A stretch of DNA of 64,000 bases from Clostridiales bacterium (GCA_012518535.1 JAAYRX010000220.1:23510-87509), one strand, 5' to 3'; numbered from the stretch's first letter, positions 1 through 9,365 are shown. Notes: generated from the sequence alone by a model not told the origin. A program made the numbers and translations.

Positions 1-947
1 AACAGTTAAGGGATCAACATCAAATCATCGAGAAAATAATTGAATACCGGCAGGTAATGAAGTTAAAATCTACCTATATAGATGGACTTTTAAGTGTGGT
101 TGATCCCCGGGACGGCCGAATCCATTCAAGCTTCAATCAAACTATAACTGCTACAGGCAGGATAAGCAGTACTGAACCGAACCTCCAAAATATTCCTGTG
201 CGTATGGAGATGGGTAGAAGGATAAGAAAGGTCTTCGTAGCCAGCGATGATGATCACGTCCTGTTGGATGCAGACTACTCACAGATAGAGCTGCGAGTAT
301 TGGCCCACATATCGAAGGATCCTACCTTTATCCATGCATTTGAAAACAATCAGGATATACATCGTCGAACCGCATCTGAGGTAATGGGCATAGCCTTGGA
401 GGAGGTAACACCGGAACAGCGCAATGATGCAAAGGCAGTGAATTTTGGTATAATCTATGGAATAAGTGATTTTGGTCTGGCGAGAAATTTAGGAATACCA
501 AGAAATAAAGCCCACTCGTATATAGAGAATTATCTAAAAAGGCATCCTGGTATAAAGGAGTATATGGATAGAGTAGTTGAGGAAGGGAAGGAACAGGGAT
601 ATATTAAAACTCTTATGGGAAGGAGACGAAATCTTCCCGAATTATCATCAAGAAATTTCAACACCCGATCCTTTGGTGAAAGGGTTGCCATGAATACTCC
701 TATCCAAGGGACGGCGGCTGATATTATCAAGAAAGCCATGAATGATGTTTATTATGAACTAAAGGCCCGGGGCCTCAGATCCAAGTTGGTACTTCAGGTA
801 CATGATGAGTTGATCGTTGATACCTATAAGCCTGAATTGGATGAGGTAAAGGAAATAATTAGGGACAAAATGGAAAATGCTATGAAGTTGTGTGTACCCT
901 TAGTTGTGGATATTGGGGTAGGATCCAGCTGGTATGACGCAAAATAA
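1..947 (+). CDS. polA: DNA polymerase I, C-terminal polymerase domain (5-prime end outside window)
   Basis: Frame open from base 3 (..EYRQVMKLKSTYIDGL). Family-A polymerase motifs DYSQIELRVLAH, KAVNFGIIYG and QVHDEL. Stop at 945-947. Confidence 0.95.
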   Translation, partial: QLRDQHQIIEKIIEYRQVMKLKSTYIDGLLSVVDPRDGRIHSSFNQTITATGRISSTEPNLQNIPVRMEMGRRIRKVFVASDDDHVLLDADYSQIELRVLAHISKDPTFIHAFENNQDIHRRTASEVMGIALEEVTPEQRNDAKAVNFGIIYGISDFGLARNLGIPRNKAHSYIENYLKRHPGIKEYMDRVVEEGKEQGYIKTLMGRRRNLPELSSRNFNTRSFGERVAMNTPIQGTAADIIKKAMNDVYYELKARGLRSKLVLQVHDELIVDTYKPELDEVKEIIRDKMENAMKLCVPLVVDIGVGSSWYDAK

Positions 948-1030
948 CCTTGATTCTCCTGCGAATATTTAATTATCAGGATACAAATATCAACCGGGAT
1001 GCATATAAGACAGCTGAATTGAGGGATATA

Positions 1031-1663
1031 ATGAGAATTATTGGATTGACAGGTGGAATTGCTGCCGGAAAGTCCCAGGTCTCTAGGATTTTGTCCGGAC
1101 TTGGAGCTATAATTATAGACGCTGACGCTATAGCCAGAGAAATTGTGGAAATAGGCACTGCGACTTGGGAAAAGATAAGGGATGAATTTGGCAAGGAGTA
1201 TTTACAGGCTGATGGGAGCCTGAACAGGAGAAAACTGGGGAAATTGGTGTTTTCAGATAAAAATGCTCTTAAAAAATTAAATGAGATTACTCATCCGGCC
1301 ATAAGAAAGTGTATAATGTGTAGGCTGGAAGAGTTGAAAACCCAGGATTATAAAGGGGTCGTAGTAGTGGATGCGGCTTTATTGCTTGATGTGGGATGGG
1401 ATGATTTGGTTGATGAAGTATGGGTGGTTGATGCACCCTTGAAAACGAGGCTATCCAGACTTATGGATCGGGACGGCTTATCCAGGGAAGAGGCATTAAA
1501 TCGTATTAACAGCCAAATGACACAAGAGAGAAAAAACGAAAAAGCGGATAGGATTATTAAGAATGAATTCAATATTGACCATCTCGAAAAACAGGTGGAG
1601 CTGGCTTGGGAACATACCTTAAGGGGAATATTGGGCTGTGAAGGGATAGCAGAATGGTCATGA
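1031..1663 (+). CDS. coaE: dephospho-CoA kinase
   Basis: P-loop GLTGGIAAGKS follows ATG 1031, with GAGGGA just upstream. The tracked TTG start at 950 only adds 27 non-conserved residues. Confidence 0.9.
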   Translation: MRIIGLTGGIAAGKSQVSRILSGLGAIIIDADAIAREIVEIGTATWEKIRDEFGKEYLQADGSLNRRKLGKLVFSDKNALKKLNEITHPAIRKCIMCRLEELKTQDYKGVVVVDAALLLDVGWDDLVDEVWVVDAPLKTRLSRLMDRDGLSREEALNRINSQMTQERKNEKADRIIKNEFNIDHLEKQVELAWEHTLRGILGCEGIAEWS

Positions 1664-2220
1664 GAAAAATTTTATTGTGGGTGATATTGCTATTATTCAT
1701 AGGGGTTATTTTTTTGTACTGGTTTTCAAAATCTCCAATAATACAAAGAAGAATCTATCCTCTAAGACATAAGGAGGAGATATTAGAGTTTTCCCGGCAA
1801 TATGATCTGGATCCTCATTTAATCATGGGTATCATATGGGTTGAGAGCAAGTTTATACCCGAGGCTACATCAAATAAAAATGCCAAGGGACTTATGCAAA
1901 TTGTTCCCAATACCGGTAAATGGATAGCAGATCAAATAGGTGTAGAAGAATACAAGGATGAAAGCCTCTATGATCCTGAAACCAATATTAGGTTCGGTTG
2001 CTGGTATTTTGCTTATTTGCTTGAATTCTTCGATGGAGATGAAGATCTGGCCTTAGCCTCCTATAACGGTGGGATGGGTAACGTAATGAAATGGCTTAAG
2101 GACAGTAGGTATAGCGATGACGGAAGGCATCTTAAGAGGATACCATTTAAGGAAACCAGCGATTATCTTGAAAGGGTAGAAAATGCTTATAAACAATATA
2201 AAAAACTATATAAAATTTGA
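1654..2220 (+). CDS. membrane-anchored lytic transglycosylase (SLT domain)
   Basis: N-terminal TM helix. SLT-type motifs VESKF..AKGLMQIVPNTG and ASYNGG. Overlaps the coaE stop. Confidence 0.8.
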   Translation: MVMRKILLWVILLLFIGVIFLYWFSKSPIIQRRIYPLRHKEEILEFSRQYDLDPHLIMGIIWVESKFIPEATSNKNAKGLMQIVPNTGKWIADQIGVEEYKDESLYDPETNIRFGCWYFAYLLEFFDGDEDLALASYNGGMGNVMKWLKDSRYSDDGRHLKRIPFKETSDYLERVENAYKQYKKLYKI

Positions 2221-2237
2221 TTGGAAGGAAATGCCCT

Positions 2238-3920
2238 ATGATGCGTAAAATTCTATACAGCTTGGCAATCTTTTTCTTGTTATTTGCTACTATGGGTTGT
2301 AGCATTTCGAATATACTGCCTTTACAGCAGGATGAAATTCAAGAGGATACCAAGGAAGAAACAGGGCTGATCCCAGAATCCACCTTACCTACAATGGGAG
2401 GACAATTAAGGATTCCTGTTGCACAACCTGATAGTATAGATCCTCTTCTTACCAAGTCCAGGGATTTTATCAATTTCTCGGGACTTATCTATGAAGGCCT
2501 GTTTTCCTACGATAAAGATCTTAATATAGCTCCCATGTTAGCCGAATCCTGGGAGGTAACCGATGGGGGGAAACTATGGCGATTTCATCTTCGCAAGGGA
2601 GTCAGTTGGCATCATGGAGGCGTTTTTACTGCAAAAGATGTTAAACATACCTTTGATATATTGTTAAGTCAGGTGCAAGATCTTGAGGGTGGAGAGGATG
2701 GATCAATTCATGCAAAGAGATTGTTTGAAGGTAGGAATATCGCTCGCATGGAGTTTGTCATCAATAACCCCCACGCAGTTGATTTGGTATTAAACGAGCC
2801 AGCAGGAATAGGTCTGTTGGAAGCTATGACTTTTCCTATACTACCTGCCGATGAGGAGTATGATTTTGACCTAATGGATATAGAATCACTCAATGGAACG
2901 GGCCCCTACAAGGTGGTTTCAGGTAACATGGAAGCAGGTGGACAAGTTAGGTTGGTGAGAAATGATGACTGGTGGGGATCGCCTAAACCTTACATTGACA
3001 GTATATTAGCTAAGGTTTATGAGGATAATGTGCAATCTGTAGAGGCTTTTAAGGGAGGCCAGGTAGATCTGGTGGATACCCATGTGATATATGGGAAAAC
3101 TCATGGGATGAGAGGTCGAGTACAATCATATCCCTATTTGACCCAATACTTCAACTATATCGGTATCAATCATAATTATCCGGGAATACTGGGTGACACA
3201 AATGTGAGACAAGCCATAGCCTATGCTATAGACAGGAAGGATATTATTCCCAGGGTTTATTCCGGAAATGCACAAGCGGTTGATGTCCCTATACCACCAG
3301 ATGCATGGTATTACAATTCGGACTTGAGGGTGTACGATTATCAACCACAAAAGGCGCGTCAGCTACTTAAGCAGGCAGGATTAGATTTCGATGTTATGGA
3401 TATCCCGGATACGGAGGATGAAGATGCTCAACATCCCACATTTACCATCAATGTCCATATGGACAATATCTTGCATAAGGAGACTGTAAATCTAATTGCA
3501 AAACAATTAGAGGAAGTTGGGATTGGTGTGAAAATCAGGCTATTGTCTTGGGATGAGTATGTTACCGCCCTTGAGGAAGGAGATTTTGAAGCTGTGTTCC
3601 TGGAATATTATTCCGACATAGCCACCGATCTAAAACCTTTCTTTTATTCAGGGGAGCTTCCCCGGGGATTTAACAATTATGCAGGATACCACAATGGAGA
3701 ATTGGATGATTTGTTGGATAGGATTGGCCAAATCGATGATCTATCGGAATTCAAGGATGTATACAAGCAAATACAGGAAATCCTGGTTGATGAACTACCA
3801 ATCATCAGCTTATATTATAGAACCTCATCTCTTATAACCAGCGAAAGGGTTCATGGTATAAGAGTTCCCAGAGAGCTCATGGTATTTAGGGAGATAAATG
3901 AATGGTATTTATCCCAATGA
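2238..3920 (+). CDS. ABC transporter substrate-binding lipoprotein, family 5 (peptide/nickel type)
   Basis: Signal peptide with lipobox LFATMGC. Length and sequence resemble OppA/DppA-type SBPs. GGAAGGAAA lies upstream of ATG 2238 (tracked TTG 2217 is less likely). Confidence 0.75.
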   Translation: MMRKILYSLAIFFLLFATMGCSISNILPLQQDEIQEDTKEETGLIPESTLPTMGGQLRIPVAQPDSIDPLLTKSRDFINFSGLIYEGLFSYDKDLNIAPMLAESWEVTDGGKLWRFHLRKGVSWHHGGVFTAKDVKHTFDILLSQVQDLEGGEDGSIHAKRLFEGRNIARMEFVINNPHAVDLVLNEPAGIGLLEAMTFPILPADEEYDFDLMDIESLNGTGPYKVVSGNMEAGGQVRLVRNDDWWGSPKPYIDSILAKVYEDNVQSVEAFKGGQVDLVDTHVIYGKTHGMRGRVQSYPYLTQYFNYIGINHNYPGILGDTNVRQAIAYAIDRKDIIPRVYSGNAQAVDVPIPPDAWYYNSDLRVYDYQPQKARQLLKQAGLDFDVMDIPDTEDEDAQHPTFTINVHMDNILHKETVNLIAKQLEEVGIGVKIRLLSWDEYVTALEEGDFEAVFLEYYSDIATDLKPFFYSGELPRGFNNYAGYHNGELDDLLDRIGQIDDLSEFKDVYKQIQEILVDELPIISLYYRTSSLITSERVHGIRVPRELMVFREINEWYLSQ

Positions 3921-3995
3921 TCGCTAGTGTTAAATAGGCAACAAGGAATTTGAATCAGCCATCAGGTTTATTCAGTATACAAGTGTTTTTCATTC

Positions 3996-4024
3996 TTGAC
4001 AGGAGTACAACTAGATATTATAAT
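3996..4024 (+). promoter_or_regulatory. sigma-70-type promoter for the tRNA-Leu gene
   Basis: TTGACA (3996-4001), 17-nt spacer, TATAAT (4019-4024), about 38 nt upstream of the tRNA 5-prime end. Confidence 0.55.
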
Positions 4025-4061
4025 GTTATTTGTTACTCCAATTTAGGTGTAACAAATATTT

Positions 4062-4148
4062 GCGGATGTGGCGGAACTGGCAGACGCGTACGGTTGAGGG
4101 CCGTATGATAATTATATCATGTGGGTTCGAGTCCCACCATCCGCACCA
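4062..4148 (+). tRNA. tRNA-Leu (anticodon GAG), type II with long variable arm, CCA encoded
   Basis: Hand-folded cloverleaf. Acceptor GCGGATG/CATCCGC; anticodon stem TACGG/CCGTA with loop TTGAGGG; variable arm TGATA..TATCA; T-arm GTGGG-TTCGAGT-CCCAC; ends in CCA. Confidence 0.9.
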
Positions 4149-4155
4149 TATATTA

Positions 4156-4186
4156 GGGAGAGGTTATTGTCACCTCTCTTTTTTAT
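4156..4186 (+). terminator. rho-independent terminator after the tRNA
   Basis: GAGAGGT / ACCTCTC stem with 7-nt loop, followed by TTTTTT. Confidence 0.7.
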
Positions 4187-4419
4187 TTAACCCAGACTAT
4201 ACTCTGCCATTTAATACCTGATAGGGTATTAGGAGAAAGACATCTTTATCTACTTAAACGAAGAGTGCATGTAAGAAAGATTTGGATTTAATCGTACCAT
4301 GCCATTAAGTGATAGTTATATAACAAATTATCTATAGTCAGCTGCAGGGAAAGGCAGAATATTATGAGTAGATTAGAATATTTTCTATAGGATAAGCTAT
4401 AGTAGACATCCTATTATGA

Positions 4420-4797
4420 AAAGGTGATATTATCGGAGACAAAGGAAATTTACTAAAGATAGGGATAATCGGCGCTGTTGCCGGCTTATGCAATGGACTG
4501 TTTGGATCTGGGGGAGGGATAATAGTAGTACCCTCAATGATCCATCTGTTAAAAGTGGAAGAACATGACGCACACGCAACCGCTATCGCTGTAATACTGC
4601 CTCTATCACTGGCCAGTATCCTTGTATACTTTAAGAACAACTATTTCGATTGGAATATTGTATGGAAAGTATGTGCAGGGAGCGTTATTGGAGCCGGTAT
4701 AGGGGCCCGGCTGTTATCCAAGATTCCTGTGGACATATTGGGCAGGGTATTTGCCGTTTTTATGATTATGGCAGGATTAAGGATGCTTCTCAGATGA
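4420..4797 (+). CDS. TSUP/TauE-SafE family membrane protein, half-size unit 1 (start codon unresolved)
   Basis: Frame is open from 4420 and encodes the family-typical IGIIGAVAGLCNGLFGSGGGIIVVPS helix. There is no in-frame ATG/GTG/TTG before ATG 4537. Stop TGA 4795-4797. Confidence 0.6.
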   Translation, partial: KGDIIGDKGNLLKIGIIGAVAGLCNGLFGSGGGIIVVPSMIHLLKVEEHDAHATAIAVILPLSLASILVYFKNNYFDWNIVWKVCAGSVIGAGIGARLLSKIPVDILGRVFAVFMIMAGLRMLLR

Positions 4798-5159
4798 TAT
4801 TGTTTCTGATAGGCTTGGCATCTGGGATAGTGAGTGGAATGGGCATGGGAGGGGGCACCATTCTGATTCCAGGCCTAATATTCCTGGCCGGAGTGCCACA
4901 ACATTTGGCTCAAAGTGTAAACCTCAGCGTCTTCTTCCCGGCTTCCATTTGTGCATTATGGATTCATACTAAAAATAAACATGTAAGATACAAGCTGGCA
5001 CTGAAAATAATTTTGGTTGGTGTGATTGGCTCTTTAATAGGCTCGATTATTGCAGTGTCTATGTCTACTCAAATCCTTCGAAAAATGTTTGGGATCTTTA
5101 TACTGGCAATGGGGATTTATGAGCTTTTCAGGAAGCCAAAAAGCAAAGGCAAGAAATAA
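4794..5159 (+). CDS. TSUP/TauE-SafE family membrane protein, half-size unit 2
   Basis: ATGA start/stop overlap with unit 1. Begins MILFLIGLASGIVSGMGMGGGTILIPGL, the same motif as unit 1. The tracked start at 4650 is an out-of-context extension. Confidence 0.75.
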   Translation: MILFLIGLASGIVSGMGMGGGTILIPGLIFLAGVPQHLAQSVNLSVFFPASICALWIHTKNKHVRYKLALKIILVGVIGSLIGSIIAVSMSTQILRKMFGIFILAMGIYELFRKPKSKGKK

Positions 5160-5293
5160 AAAACATTCACATATACATGGTTTCAGCTATAAAATATGTT
5201 GACCCAACACTATGCATAATAACCGATGATAAGAACATAAAAAACCATTACATTTTACAATAATTTATGTTATAATACATTTGTGTTAAAAAT

Positions 5294-5333
5294 CCGGCGG
5301 GGATTCATTGTGAATTCCTAGTCGGCTTTTTTC
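5294..5333 (+). terminator. terminator-like hairpin plus U-run in the TSUP-rnfC intergenic region
   Basis: CCGGC..GTCGG outer stem and GGATTCA/TGAATTCC inner stem (one bulge), followed by CTTTTTTC. It could terminate the TSUP genes or act in the rnf leader. Confidence 0.4.
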
Positions 5334-5549
5334 ATGTTAGGGAAGTGTTATTTATTTAACGAAAATCCCACAAATATAGATATTTATGGTAAAATATTAT
5401 TACCATGGTTTTACATCTACCATTGTCAAGTTTTCATTGAGTTAATCAACAATACACAAATACAGCCTGGTTTATTCATACCATGGAAGGGAAAGACTGG
5501 GCTGGTTATAAAATTGACAAAAGGGTTAGGTAAAGGAAGGTGTTTGTTA

Positions 5550-6881
5550 ATGGGGTTTAATTTATTATCATTTTTTAAGGGGGGAGTCCACCCTCCTGGC
5601 AATAAGCATTTTACAGAAGGTAAGCCTGTCGAGAAAGCAAAAGTACCAGCTCTAGTTTATATACCCCTTCAGCAGCATATCGGCGCTCCTTGTGAACCTA
5701 TAGTAAAGCCTGGTGACCGAGTAAAGATGGGTCAGGTGATTGGTCAGCAAAAAGGCCATGTTTGTGCTCCAATTCACTCCAGCGTCTCAGGTAAGGTTAA
5801 ATCCATTATTCCATTTGCAACTACACATGGTAACAAGGTACAGACCTTAGTTATTGAAAATGATGGATTGGACACCCCTGCAGAATCTATAATGGGACGT
5901 AATATAGATGAGGTATCGGCACAAGAGATTTTAGACATCGTTTTAGATGCAGGGATCGTTGGTTTGGGTAATGCCACATTTCCTACGCATGTCAAGTTGT
6001 CTCCGCCTGCTGATAAGGTTATTGAAGCTGTTATCCTCAACGGCTCCGAATGTGAACCCTATTTAACGGCAGACCATCGCTTAATGGTGGAGGAACCGGA
6101 TGCGGTTATAGGGGGATTGAAGCTCATAATGAAGGTATTAGGTGTAGAGACGGGTTATATTGGTATCGAGGACAACAAGCCGGATGCCATCGCAGCCATA
6201 AAGGATGCAATAGGGGAGGATCCTAACATATCCGTCAGGATTCTAAAAACCATGTATCCACAGGGCTGTGAACGGAAATTAATCGAAACCATAACGGGTA
6301 GGCAGGTACCCTCGGGCGGATTGCCAATGGATGTGGGCATCATAGTTAACAACGTGACTACAGCGGCACAGATATACAAGTCAGTAAGTACTGGAATGCC
6401 GCTAATAGAGAGAATAGTTACCATTACAGGTCGAGGGATTAACAGTCCAAAGAATCTACTGGTAAGGTTTGGTACCCTGGTAAGCGACGTAGTTGATGAT
6501 TGTGGGGGGCTATCCTGCGAGCCAGGCAAAGTAATAGTAGGTGGACCTATGATGGGAGAGACACAACACACCATGGATATACCGATTACCAAGGGTGTTT
6601 CCGGCATCATTTTTATGCCACAGGAGGAGGTTGGGGAAGAGGAGATACTGCCCTGCATACGATGTGCAAAATGTATCCAGGTCTGTCCCATCCGCCTGAT
6701 GCCGCTAAGTATAAGTGCTCATTCCCTAAAGGGTGAATATGACACCTGCGAAACTCTTCATGCATTGGACTGCGTTGAATGTGGCGCCTGCTCATATATC
6801 TGTCCATCCAAAAGACCCCTACAGGAATCCATCAAGTTGGCTAAGGAAGTGATTATTGATAGAAGAAGAAATGGAAATTAA
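5550..6881 (+). CDS. rnfC: Rnf electron-transport complex subunit C
   Basis: Begins MGFNLLSFFKGGVHPP, preceded by AAAGGAAGGTG. Two C-terminal 4Fe-4S motifs (CIRCAKCIQVCP, CVECGACSYICP). First gene of the rnfCDGEAB order. Confidence 0.9.
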   Translation: MGFNLLSFFKGGVHPPGNKHFTEGKPVEKAKVPALVYIPLQQHIGAPCEPIVKPGDRVKMGQVIGQQKGHVCAPIHSSVSGKVKSIIPFATTHGNKVQTLVIENDGLDTPAESIMGRNIDEVSAQEILDIVLDAGIVGLGNATFPTHVKLSPPADKVIEAVILNGSECEPYLTADHRLMVEEPDAVIGGLKLIMKVLGVETGYIGIEDNKPDAIAAIKDAIGEDPNISVRILKTMYPQGCERKLIETITGRQVPSGGLPMDVGIIVNNVTTAAQIYKSVSTGMPLIERIVTITGRGINSPKNLLVRFGTLVSDVVDDCGGLSCEPGKVIVGGPMMGETQHTMDIPITKGVSGIIFMPQEEVGEEEILPCIRCAKCIQVCPIRLMPLSISAHSLKGEYDTCETLHALDCVECGACSYICPSKRPLQESIKLAKEVIIDRRRNGN

Positions 6882-6986
6882 CAGGATGTACCACACGGGT
6901 ACACCTATAATTCAATTATAAGATTGTAGCTGGCTGGTTGTTTGTAGTTTTGTCTTATATATTGTGAGAGGTTTGGAGGGAAAGGA

Positions 6987-7952
6987 ATGGATAATACAAT
7001 AACAGTTTCTGCTTCTCCCCATATTAGATCCAAGGAATCGGTATCGCGGATAATGTTGGACGTAATACTGGCATTGATTCCCGCCGCGATTGCCGCAGTG
7101 ATCATTTTTGGATGGAGGGTATTATTAGTCATCGTAGTTTCCGTCATGGGCGCGGTAATCACCGAGGCTGTAATCCAAAAGTTAATGAAAAAGCCCATAA
7201 CTATTAAAGATTTAAGCGCAGTGGTAACAGGGATTCTATTGGCATACAATATGCCACCTACGGTTCCCCTATGGATAGTTTTGATTGGCTCAATAATAGC
7301 AATTGCTCTGGTTAAACAGGCTTTTGGTGGGTTGGGTCAGAACTTTATGAATCCTGCCTTGGCAGCTAGGGCTATCTTATTTGCAGCTTGGCCGGTGCAG
7401 ATGACAAATTGGCAAAGACCGATAATTGATGCCTTCAGCAATGCCACCAGCAGCGCAACCCCTCTTCCTATACTAAAGGATGGAGAGACATGGGCAAAAT
7501 TACCGCCTCTTTGGGACGTTTTCGTTGGGAAGATTGGAGGAAGTATTGGTGAGATATCCGCTTTGGCTCTATTGTTGGGAGCGGCTTATTTGCTCATTAG
7601 GGGTGTTATAAACTGGCGGATTCCCATAACTTATATTGCTACCGTTGGATTGTTGACTTGGATTTTTGGAACGGATGGTCTTTTCACAGGTCGGGGTCTA
7701 TACCATATTTTCTCAGGTGGACTTATTCTAGGTGCATTTTTTATGGCTACTGACTATCCCACGTCTCCGGTTACACCCCTTGGTCAGATTATTATGGGGA
7801 TAGGTTGTGGTATTGTAACGTCTATAATCCGATTGGTGGGCGGATACCCAGGTGGAGTATCTTATTCCATTCTTATTATGAATGTGGCAACACCTCTTAT
7901 AGAAAGGTATACAAGACCTCGAATATATGGGGAGGTGAAGAACAATGTCTGA
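6987..7952 (+). CDS. rnfD: Rnf complex subunit D (polytopic membrane, NqrB-like)
   Basis: GGAGGG RBS. Multi-TM protein with the RnfD-typical SASPHIRS start and the FFMATDYPTSP region. Confidence 0.9.
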   Translation: MDNTITVSASPHIRSKESVSRIMLDVILALIPAAIAAVIIFGWRVLLVIVVSVMGAVITEAVIQKLMKKPITIKDLSAVVTGILLAYNMPPTVPLWIVLIGSIIAIALVKQAFGGLGQNFMNPALAARAILFAAWPVQMTNWQRPIIDAFSNATSSATPLPILKDGETWAKLPPLWDVFVGKIGGSIGEISALALLLGAAYLLIRGVINWRIPITYIATVGLLTWIFGTDGLFTGRGLYHIFSGGLILGAFFMATDYPTSPVTPLGQIIMGIGCGIVTSIIRLVGGYPGGVSYSILIMNVATPLIERYTRPRIYGEVKNNV

Positions 7953-8772
7953 TATTATGAAAATAGGATTTAGACTCTTCGTAATAACGGCGATTGCTGC
8001 AATAGTTATGGGGCTTACCAATCTTGCTACAGAAGAACCCATAAGACTTCAACGAATCAAGGCGGAAAATAAAGCAAGACAGGTTGCTCTTCCCCAGGCG
8101 GAGGAGTTTGGACAATTGGATATAGAAGGAGGCTCCTGGGGAAACGAGGCTGTAGAAATAGTGGAAATATATACCGGCTTATCTGATGATAAGGTGGTGG
8201 GGTACGTTTTTAGAGTTAAGGCAATGGGTTATGTGGGAGATATGGATATCATCCTGGGTATTAATACAGACGATGAAATAGAGGCAGTTGAAATAGGTGA
8301 GCATAGTGAAACTCCCGGTTTGGGAGCAAAAGTTAAGGATAAGGCCTTCCTGGAGCAATTCCATGGGAAAGGGACAGAGGCTCAGCTTTCCGCTGTCAAG
8401 ACCTTAAACGAAGATGGAAGTGCAGATACCAGTGGCAGCTCCACCGTAGACGCGGAAGGTAGTGCTACGACCGATACTGAAAGCAGTGCAACAGTAGATA
8501 CAGAGGCTGGCGCAACTGCAGATACAGAGGCTGGCGCAACTGCAGATACAGAGGATAGTGCAACGACGGATACGGAAGGTAGTGCTACGACCGATACTGA
8601 AAGCAGTGCAACTGTGGATGGCAGTAGCAGTGCTACCGGGGGAGCTTCAGGAAGTGTACAGGAGATACAGGCAATATCGGGTGCTACTGTAACCTCGGGC
8701 GCTGTTACCAGGGCGATCAATCTGGCTCTGCAGTATTACAACGCAATTCTGATAAATGGAGGTGGGAACTAA
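7945..8772 (+). CDS. rnfG: Rnf complex subunit G (FMN-binding), with a repeat insertion
   Basis: N-terminal TM anchor, FMN_bind-type core (ETPGLG) and flavinylation motif SGATVTS near the C-terminus. It is 275 aa long because of an acidic Thr/Ser-rich insert. Confidence 0.85.
   Translation: MSDIMKIGFRLFVITAIAAIVMGLTNLATEEPIRLQRIKAENKARQVALPQAEEFGQLDIEGGSWGNEAVEIVEIYTGLSDDKVVGYVFRVKAMGYVGDMDIILGINTDDEIEAVEIGEHSETPGLGAKVKDKAFLEQFHGKGTEAQLSAVKTLNEDGSADTSGSSTVDAEGSATTDTESSATVDTEAGATADTEAGATADTEDSATTDTEGSATTDTESSATVDGSSSATGGASGSVQEIQAISGATVTSGAVTRAINLALQYYNAILINGGGN
8422..8640 (+). repeat. in-frame 24-nt (8-aa) tandem repeat inside rnfG
   Basis: Reiterated TDTE(G/S/A)(S/G)AT(T/V/A) units. ACAGAGGCTGGCGCAACTGCAGAT occurs twice in tandem. 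A longer block GAAGGTAGTGCTACGACCGATACTGAAAGCAGTGCAAC recurs at about 8455 and 8575. Confidence 0.85.
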
Positions 8773-9365
8773 TGAAGGCATCCAAAGCCATAATTAACGG
8801 CATAATAACCGAGAATCCAACCTTTAGATTGTTACTGGGAATGTGTCCTACTCTGGCTGTAACCACAGCAGCCATAAACGGGATAGGCATGGGACTGGCC
8901 ACCGCCTTTGTCCTTATAGCTTCCAACCTGGTAATATCCCTTTTGAAGGACTTTATACCATCCCAGGTCAGAATCCCGGCATATATAGTTGTGGCAGCAA
9001 CTTTTGTTACCATGACCGGTATGCTCATGGAAGCCTTTGTGCCTGCCCTATACGAGAGTCTTGGGATTTTTATTCCTCTGATCGTTGTTAATTGCATTAT
9101 ACTTGGCAGGGCCGAAGCATTCGCCTCAAAGAATTCACCATTAGTGGCTATAGCAGACGGCATAGGCATGGGGCTCGGATTCACCTTAGCCTTGACCCTC
9201 TTGGGGATAATAAGGGAGATTTTTGGCGCAGGGACTCTATTTGGCATGCAGATTATGCCACAGGCCTACAATCCGGCGGTTATTATGATCTTGCCTCCCG
9301 GAGCCTTCTTGACCTTGGGTTTATTGCTTGGGTTATTAAACAAACTAACTGCTAAAACCAAATAG
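8772..9365 (+). CDS. rnfE: Rnf complex subunit E
   Basis: 197-aa polytopic protein of the RnfA/RnfE family. Position in the operon. Start overlaps the rnfG stop. Confidence 0.85.
   Translation: MKASKAIINGIITENPTFRLLLGMCPTLAVTTAAINGIGMGLATAFVLIASNLVISLLKDFIPSQVRIPAYIVVAATFVTMTGMLMEAFVPALYESLGIFIPLIVVNCIILGRAEAFASKNSPLVAIADGIGMGLGFTLALTLLGIIREIFGAGTLFGMQIMPQAYNPAVIMILPPGAFLTLGLLLGLLNKLTAKTK

Noticed and set aside
950-1030. Upstream extensions of tracked ORFs, such as coaE from TTG 950 and similar cases at 21409, 22322, 31346, 48548, 55860 and 58109.
   Set aside because: In each case a downstream ATG with a better-placed Shine-Dalgarno sequence coincides with the start of the conserved domain.
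4030-4221. 63-aa ORF overlapping the tRNA-Leu gene.
   Set aside because: The sequence folds into a complete type II tRNA with promoter and terminator. The ORF is coincidental.
4362-4640. 92-aa minus-strand ORF, and the 4650-4793 extension of the second TSUP ORF.
   Set aside because: They are antisense to, or out of context with, the TSUP coding frames, which carry the family-typical Gly-rich helices.
5334-5549. N-terminal 72-codon extension of the tracked rnfC ORF.
   Set aside because: The extension has no RnfC similarity and is AT-rich. A strong AAAGGAAGGTG ribosome-binding site precedes ATG 5550, where the conserved N-terminus begins.
6155-6691. 178-aa minus-strand ORF inside rnfC, with shorter overlapping ORFs at 6500-6807.
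   Set aside because: It lies entirely within rnfC, which has ferredoxin motifs and operon context. There is no ribosome-binding site or recognisable motif.
8422-8640. Considered whether any of the tandem repeats (rnfG, lgt tail, amidase linkers) could be a CRISPR array.
   Set aside because: All of them are in-frame coding repeats without unique spacers of CRISPR size. No cas genes are present in the window.
8382-9247. Minus-strand ORFs of 112 and 176 aa opposite rnfG and rnfE.
   Set aside because: They are antisense to well-supported rnf genes. Their translations are low-complexity (VALLSVSVVALPS..) mirror images of the rnfG repeat.
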